Positions 58,964 through 64,000 of a stretch of 64,000 bases of DNA are shown one piece after another (the first letter of the stretch is position 1; each line of letters starts with the position of its first letter). A model generated the notes under the pieces. That model had not been told where the DNA came from. It did not search any database and saw only the letters and a program-made list of their open reading frames with translations. The position numbers and the translations under genes were made by a program. Source of the DNA: Bacillales bacterium UBA7278 (GTDB lineage Bacteria > Bacillota_I > Bacilli_A > RFN20 > CAG-826); contig DKRQ01000019.1 in the NCBI GenBank assembly GCA_002472275.1, positions 140,279 through 204,278 on the forward strand, in the 5' to 3' direction.

Positions 58964-60400
58964 ATGCCGAAAACCAAAGTACCGCAGAACGTGAAGCCCG
59001 AAGGCTATTGGAGGGCCATCGGGGCTTTTTCCATCGATTTGGCCCTAACGATCGTGGCCATCGTCCTCCTCTATGTCTCGATTGGCAACACCCTTATTTA
59101 TAAGGCCGTCGACTATGCGGGCGACATCGCCAAGATGGACGCCTTCATGGAAGGGACCGCCCTCGTCAATATCAAGGCCCCCAAATCCTATGGCTATTTG
59201 GACTTCCAGGACAAGGAAGGGGAAGTGCCGGCCTATCAAAAGTACATCGATCGCGTTTGGAACTATTTCACCGTCTTATGCGCGGACCCCAATTCGGGAT
59301 ATGACATCAACCCGCCGATGACCTCCTTCGATAACGAACACGACTTCGTGCCCTTCACCGGCGAGAAGACCGTCGAAAACATCGGCAAATGGGTCTATGA
59401 CCATTACTTTACCAGCAATCTTTGGAAGGCCCCTGTGAAAGAGGGCACCCAGGATCCCGACTATTCGAAGGCCCCGATTCCCGCCGAAGACCCGACGGGA
59501 CGCGAGGCCAAACTGAAGACCGCGATGTATGACGTTTCCACGACCACCCCAAAAGGAACCTACGTCTTCACCGTGAGCCACATCTTGGCCCAGAACAAAT
59601 ACGCCGCTTTGGCCAAAACCGAAAGGCTCCATGGCTGGTTCGCCTGGATGCCTTGGTTCGCGGTGGCCCCCGTCATCTTCTTCTTCGTCATCCCCGTGGC
59701 GAGCCGTAACGGCAGGACCATCGGCAAAAGGATCGTCGGAACAGCGGTATTAGGAAGCGACGGCTATACCGCCAAGAAGCTCAACATCGTCCTTCACTAT
59801 TTCTTCCCGACCATCTATTGGTTCATTCTGATGTTGCCTTATCAAGGCATAACCTTTCCCCTCTTCGTCTTATTGCTCCTAGTGGAATACATGACTTTGG
59901 TCATGACCCACAACCATCAATCCATCCACGACAAGATCGCCCAGACGATCGTAGTCAACGCCAAGCAATCCACGTGGTTCGCGAGTAGGGAGGATGAAGA
60001 GGAATATCTCAAGAGCCACCCCAATTCCTACGTCGCAAAGCTTCGCAGGGACGAGGAATGGGAATCCAATCCCCGTTACGCGGCGACCACCGCGGCCATC
60101 GCCGCCCAGGACGCCATCGTCGACTCCACGACGATCGGCAGGGCCAGGAAGGAAGCCGAGGCCATCTCCTCCTTCGACGAATTCGAGCGCAAATCCGATG
60201 AGGATTACGCGAGAAGGGAATCCGAGGCAAAGGCTAACTCCGAGCTTCAGGAAGAGCCCGAAGAGGAACTATCCGAGCAGCAGAAGCAAGAACTCGCCGA
60301 CCTCGCCAAGATGGAAGGCCTAAGCGAAGAAGAAGGCTCCGCCGCCCTCGAGGAAGAAGAACCCGAGGGCGAGGAAGACGACTTCGCCGACAAGAAGTAA
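58964..60400 (+). CDS. RDD-family membrane protein with large extracytoplasmic insert and acidic C-terminal tail
   Basis: YWRAIGAFSIDLALTIV, GKRIVGTAVL, HDKIAQTIVV (RDD motifs); tail EEEPEGEEDDFADKK. Confidence 0.6.
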   Translation: MPKTKVPQNVKPEGYWRAIGAFSIDLALTIVAIVLLYVSIGNTLIYKAVDYAGDIAKMDAFMEGTALVNIKAPKSYGYLDFQDKEGEVPAYQKYIDRVWNYFTVLCADPNSGYDINPPMTSFDNEHDFVPFTGEKTVENIGKWVYDHYFTSNLWKAPVKEGTQDPDYSKAPIPAEDPTGREAKLKTAMYDVSTTTPKGTYVFTVSHILAQNKYAALAKTERLHGWFAWMPWFAVAPVIFFFVIPVASRNGRTIGKRIVGTAVLGSDGYTAKKLNIVLHYFFPTIYWFILMLPYQGITFPLFVLLLLVEYMTLVMTHNHQSIHDKIAQTIVVNAKQSTWFASREDEEEYLKSHPNSYVAKLRRDEEWESNPRYAATTAAIAAQDAIVDSTTIGRARKEAEAISSFDEFERKSDEDYARRESEAKANSELQEEPEEELSEQQKQELADLAKMEGLSEEEGSAALEEEEPEGEEDDFADKK

Positions 60401-60407
60401 TCGATTG

Positions 60408-60434
60408 ACCCCAGCGAGAAATCCTGGGGTTTTT
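60408..60434 (+). terminator. Rho-independent terminator ending the ESCRT-like operon
   Basis: ACCCCAG-(9 nt)-CTGGGGT plus TTTT. Confidence 0.6.
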
Positions 60435-60443
60435 CGTTGCCAC

Positions 60444-60479
60444 AAAACTTGGTCATGCAAAATTGCATAAGTAAGTTTT
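60444..60479 (+). repeat. 36-bp perfect direct repeat, left copy
   Basis: AAAACTTGGTCATGCAAAATTGCATAAGTAAGTTTT identical to 61824-61859; contains 6-2-6 inverted repeat ATGCAA-aa-TTGCAT. Confidence 0.85.
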
Positions 60480-60497
60480 CCGTGATAAAGTTTTGTC

Positions 60498-61349
60498 ATG
60501 GAATTCGATTATTCAACCAGAAAAGATTTGAAGTTTCTTATAGAAGTAGGGGGGCGGACCGTAGAGGAGATTGCCTCCGAAACGGGTTTTTCGGTACGGA
60601 CGATCGAAAGCGTTGCCTTAGGGGAAACTAAAGCCTCGGATCAGGTAAATGAAAAAATCTATTCGCTCCTTTTCGACCAAGGGTACTCCTTGAATCGAGC
60701 GAAAGAGGAGACTTTGGCTGAGAAATATGGGAAAGCCCTCTTGTTCCATGGGTCCAAGAAAGGACTAAAGGAGATTGTCGCGGACGGCTCCCGAGCCAAT
60801 TGCGATTTTGGGACAGGCTTTTATTTGGGCGAAAGATTTGATTCCGCAGCAAGTTTTGTCTTCGCTAATGAAGGAAGCAGCGTCTATGCGTTTTCCTTTG
60901 ATCCGAAAGGGCTCAAAGGCGTTGAACTTGAATGCGATTTGAAATGGATGCTCCTCGTTTGCGCTTTTAGGGGAACGCTAGGCCAATTTGCGAATCACCC
61001 TAGGATTAAGCAAGCCATGGAAACCATTGCGGGGGCCGATTATATCAAAGCCCCGATTGCTGACAACAGGATGTTTTTCGTCATGGATGCCTATGCGAAA
61101 GGGGAGATGACAGACGTGGAGGCTATCCATTGCTTGTCTGCCTCGAGTCTAGGGAAGCAGACCGTCATCAAAACCAAGAAGGCGATTAAGCGCCTTGTTT
61201 TCCTCGAGCGTTTCTATCTATGCCAAGGTGAGAGGCAACACTTCGCCATGGAAGCCGAGGAAAGATCCAAACTGATAGAAACGAAACTCAAATACGCCAA
61301 GCGGGAATTCCGTGGAGAGGGTCAATTTATTGACGAATTGCTGTCATGA
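60498..61349 (+). CDS. HTH-DUF3990 fusion protein
   Basis: N-terminal HTH (RTVEEIASETGFSVRTIESVALGE) then LLFHGSKKGL...CDFGTGFYLGER DUF3990 signatures; homologous to 25231-25908 product. Confidence 0.6.
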   Translation: MEFDYSTRKDLKFLIEVGGRTVEEIASETGFSVRTIESVALGETKASDQVNEKIYSLLFDQGYSLNRAKEETLAEKYGKALLFHGSKKGLKEIVADGSRANCDFGTGFYLGERFDSAASFVFANEGSSVYAFSFDPKGLKGVELECDLKWMLLVCAFRGTLGQFANHPRIKQAMETIAGADYIKAPIADNRMFFVMDAYAKGEMTDVEAIHCLSASSLGKQTVIKTKKAIKRLVFLERFYLCQGERQHFAMEAEERSKLIETKLKYAKREFRGEGQFIDELLS

Positions 61350-61825
61350 GAGAGTTTGATATAGAAGGATTAAGGCAAGCCGAGTTTCAAGCGGAGATTT
61401 TCGAGGCTTCCGCCACCAAAACCGATTGTTCTTCGCTTATTTTCCTTCGTCGCTATGGCAAATCCAAATTGGCTTTGTCTTTCGACCGGGGCACGGCCGA
61501 CTATTCCTTGACGGTCGAAGATGCGTTGCGGGAAATCGAAGAAGAATTTGGCCATTCCTCCTATGGCAAAGACAAGTATCCCGCTTCGGTCCTCTATTGG
61601 CTTGGATATCAATACCGTTACATCGCCTATACAAGGCAATGCGAAACCCGTTTCCTTTTCCGCCTCTTTCCTCCGAAGAAGATGGCGTCGACCTATTTGG
61701 CGTTCCATACCCAAAGCCAGGAATGGGTGGTGGCATCATGGCTGGAGATTGTAGAAAAGGACGAAAAAATCTTCTCTCCGTTTGAAAGAGCCAAAGCTTA
61801 TTACAGGAAAGTTTACGGGCTTTAA
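61346..61825 (+). CDS. DUF3791-like partner protein
   Basis: Homologous to N-terminal domain of 24612-25250 product; 4-nt overlap with upstream gene. Confidence 0.5.
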   Translation: MREFDIEGLRQAEFQAEIFEASATKTDCSSLIFLRRYGKSKLALSFDRGTADYSLTVEDALREIEEEFGHSSYGKDKYPASVLYWLGYQYRYIAYTRQCETRFLFRLFPPKKMASTYLAFHTQSQEWVVASWLEIVEKDEKIFSPFERAKAYYRKVYGL

Positions 61826-61859
61826 AACTTGGTCATGCAAAATTGCATAAGTAAGTTTT
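61824..61859 (+). repeat. 36-bp perfect direct repeat, right copy
   Basis: Identical to 60444-60479; 63 nt upstream of nadE. Confidence 0.85.
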
Positions 61860-61922
61860 GAGCCCTTTTCCATTGGATTTACCCTTGTTCCCAATTGGGG
61901 GCGCGAGGGGGATAATTGGAAC

Positions 61923-62666
61923 ATGGCAAAAATCAATCTAGAAACAGAGCTGCCCAAGGTAATCGATTGGGTGCGCCAAACAGTCGGCAGCTGCAACGTC
62001 GTCATCGGCATTTCCGGAGGAAAGGATTCCTCGGTCGTCGCCGCCTTGTGCGTCAAGGCATTAGGCAAGGACAAGGTCTTCGGCGTCATGATGCCTAACC
62101 GCGTCCAGGACGACATCGATAAATCCGAACTCCTCATCAAGACCCTCGGCATCAAAAGCGCCCGCATCAACATCGGGGACACGGTGGACGCCCTGACTAA
62201 CGACACCTGCTCTTCGATGGGCATCGAAAAGAAGGATTTGAATCTCCTTTTCACCTCCAACACGCCCGCCCGCATCAGGATGACCACCCTCTATGGCGTG
62301 GCCGCGATCATCGGCAATGCCAGGGTCGCCAATACCTGCAACCTCTCCGAGGACTACGTCGGCTATAGCACCAAATTCGGCGATGCGGCAGGGGATTTCT
62401 CCCCGCTTTCTCGCTTCACCGCGACCGAGGTGATGGAGATCGGCGACATGCTTGGATTGCCTTTCGAACTAAGCCACAAGGTCCCAACCGACGGCATGTG
62501 CGGGCTGACCGATGAAGACCGCTTTGGCTTTACTTATGCCGAGCTCGACGCCTATCTAAGGGATGGCGTCAAACCTAGCCCCGAGAAACTAGAGAAAATC
62601 GAGAGGATGCATCGCGCCGGACTCCATAAGCTATTGCCGATGCCCTGCTACGAAATCAAGGAGTAA
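61923..62666 (+). CDS. nadE: NH3-dependent NAD+ synthetase
   Basis: PP-loop IGISGGKDSSVVAALC; 247 aa short-form NadE. Confidence 0.85.
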   Translation: MAKINLETELPKVIDWVRQTVGSCNVVIGISGGKDSSVVAALCVKALGKDKVFGVMMPNRVQDDIDKSELLIKTLGIKSARINIGDTVDALTNDTCSSMGIEKKDLNLLFTSNTPARIRMTTLYGVAAIIGNARVANTCNLSEDYVGYSTKFGDAAGDFSPLSRFTATEVMEIGDMLGLPFELSHKVPTDGMCGLTDEDRFGFTYAELDAYLRDGVKPSPEKLEKIERMHRAGLHKLLPMPCYEIKE

Positions 62667-62671
62667 CCCCC

Positions 62672-63868
62672 ATGCGTTTTAGACCGATTGTCACGTCCCT
62701 TTTGGACACCGACCTATACAAGTTCAACATGAACCAGGTCATCTTCCATAAACACAACGACCTGCTTGGCGAATACATCTTCAAATGCCGTAACCACGGC
62801 GTCGTCTTCACCGAGGAGATGGTCAAGGAAATCAACGAGCAGATCGACAGCCTTTGCCGTCTGCGTTTCCGCAGCGAGGAACTCGAATACCTCCGTTCCA
62901 TCCGTTTCCTCAAACCCGACTACATCGAATTCCTTCGCCTTTGGCATCCGATGAGGGACTACGTCACCTGCGGCCTTATGCCTAACGGGGAACTTAACCT
63001 TAAGGTCAAAGGGCCCCTTTTCTCGGCGATGCAATTCGAGATCTACCTCCTGGAGATCGTCAACGAGGTCTATTTCCGCTTCACCTACGATTACGACACC
63101 TTGATCGCCGGGGCCAGGGAACGCCTAGAAGAGAAAATCAAGAAGTTCAATGACGGGGCCTATGCCTTCAAATTCGCCGAATTCGGCTGCAGAAGGAGGC
63201 TTTCCTTGGAATGGGAGGACGAGATGGTCGCTTCCCTTTTGAAGAGGACCCATAACCTCGTCGGCACGAGCAACGTCTACCTCGCCAAAAAATATGGGAT
63301 CACCCCAATCGGCACCTACGCGCACGAATTCGTGCAAATGTATCAGGGCATCCCGACCATCCCTCTTGCCTATACCAATGCGATCGCTTTGCGGGACTGG
63401 TATGACGAATATAAAGGCGATAACGGTACCGCGTTAACCGATACCTTAACCACCGATTTGTTCCTCCGCGACTTCGACCGTTCGATGTGCAACAACTTCA
63501 CCGGCGTCCGTCATGACTCGGGCGACCCCTACGAATGGGGCGAGAAGATCCTCTCCCATTACAGGCGTTACGACATCGACACCCATACCAAGACGCTTCT
63601 ATTCTCGGATTCGCTTACCTGCGAAAAGGCCGAGGCGCTTTACCAATACTTCAAGGGCCAAGCCAGGGTTGCCTTTGGCATCGGCACGCATTTTAGCAAC
63701 GACACGGGCGTCGAGGCCCTCAACATCGTCATCAAGCTCCAATACGTCGGCGGCAATCCCGTCGCCAAGCTTAGCGACGTCCCCGGCAAGATGATGTGCC
63801 AAGACCCCGATTACGCGGACTATCTCCACCGCGCGGTCGAGTTCCGCCTTAAAAGCGAGGGCAAATGA
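62672..63868 (+). CDS. pncB: nicotinate phosphoribosyltransferase
   Basis: N-terminal LLDTDLYKFNMNQVIFHKH as in PncB; ~400 aa; adjacent to nadE. Confidence 0.75.
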   Translation: MRFRPIVTSLLDTDLYKFNMNQVIFHKHNDLLGEYIFKCRNHGVVFTEEMVKEINEQIDSLCRLRFRSEELEYLRSIRFLKPDYIEFLRLWHPMRDYVTCGLMPNGELNLKVKGPLFSAMQFEIYLLEIVNEVYFRFTYDYDTLIAGARERLEEKIKKFNDGAYAFKFAEFGCRRRLSLEWEDEMVASLLKRTHNLVGTSNVYLAKKYGITPIGTYAHEFVQMYQGIPTIPLAYTNAIALRDWYDEYKGDNGTALTDTLTTDLFLRDFDRSMCNNFTGVRHDSGDPYEWGEKILSHYRRYDIDTHTKTLLFSDSLTCEKAEALYQYFKGQARVAFGIGTHFSNDTGVEALNIVIKLQYVGGNPVAKLSDVPGKMMCQDPDYADYLHRAVEFRLKSEGK

Positions 63869-64000
63869 AGCTCCTCTCCAAATACAAAAACCACGTCACC
63901 GCGAGTAAGAAGCAGGTTTACCTGACCAATATCGCGGACTATTTCCTATCCTTCATTTTGACCTTCTTGCTTTTCGCCGTCGCCGGCGGGCCGATCGTCT
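63865..64000 (+). CDS. hypothetical membrane protein, 3' end outside window
   Basis: MKLLSKYKNHVTASKKQVYLTNIADYFLSFILTFLLFAV; possible RDD-like N-terminus; overlaps pncB stop. Confidence 0.3.
   Translation, partial: MKLLSKYKNHVTASKKQVYLTNIADYFLSFILTFLLFAVAGGPIV

Noticed and set aside
60437-60631. 64-aa ORF spanning the left 36-bp direct repeat and start of the DUF3990 gene
   Set aside because: Overlaps a better-supported gene in another frame and a repeat element

Overview
This is a high-GC (~58%) bacterial chromosomal window using the standard code; TGA is a stop. Gene order and protein signatures place it in a Firmicutes/Bacilli-like lineage, possibly a wall-less or Erysipelotrichia/Acholeplasma-like relative: it is very rich in lipoproteins with L-A-S/F-C-G lipoboxes and BspA-type LRR surface proteins. 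Conserved backbone: the 3' part of an electron-bifurcating [FeFe]-hydrogenase (NuoF-like subunit plus HydA), a HAD hydrolase, then the Bacillus-type block cysS-rlmB-sigH-like sigma, with rpmG-secE-nusG inverted relative to the usual order. Further along come rplK-rplA-rplJ-rplL-methyltransferase-rpoB-rpoC and rpsL-rpsG-fusA-tuf, and nadE-pncB sit at the right end. Accessory DNA interrupts the backbone at three places. (i) Between nusG and rplK: a lipoprotein, hydrolase-like proteins, a metallophosphoesterase and a CzrA/ArsR-regulated heavy-metal P-type ATPase. (ii) Between rpoC and rpsL, a ~10 kb surface-protein island: a DUF3990/DUF3791 pair, an M6-like metalloprotease lipoprotein, LRR lipoproteins, a lipoprotein with 11 dockerin/EF-hand-like Ca-binding repeats preceded by a poly-G tract, and an LRR/solute-binding-protein chimera. 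(iii) After tuf, ~21 kb: a 700 bp non-coding region, a secreted S1 protease plus lipoprotein operon, a MacB/FtsX-type ABC exporter operon with surface proteins, and, divergently transcribed from it, the most striking feature. This is a nine-gene operon (50697-60400) encoding an SPFH/YdjI-like zinc-ribbon protein, a coiled-coil protein, two clear ESCRT-III/Snf7-fold proteins, three paralogous AAA+ ATPases each with an N-terminal MIT-like three-helix domain (Vps4/CdvC-like architecture), a zinc-ribbon-tethered trypsin-like protease and an RDD-family membrane protein. An unusual upstream region carries four 11-bp-phased TTAGCGC repeats and an extended -10. The operon is followed by a second, low-GC DUF3990/DUF3791 cassette bracketed by perfect 36-bp direct repeats. 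No rRNA, tRNA or CRISPR arrays were seen. Many long antisense ORFs inside rpoB, rpoC, fusA, tuf and other genes are treated as high-GC artefacts.
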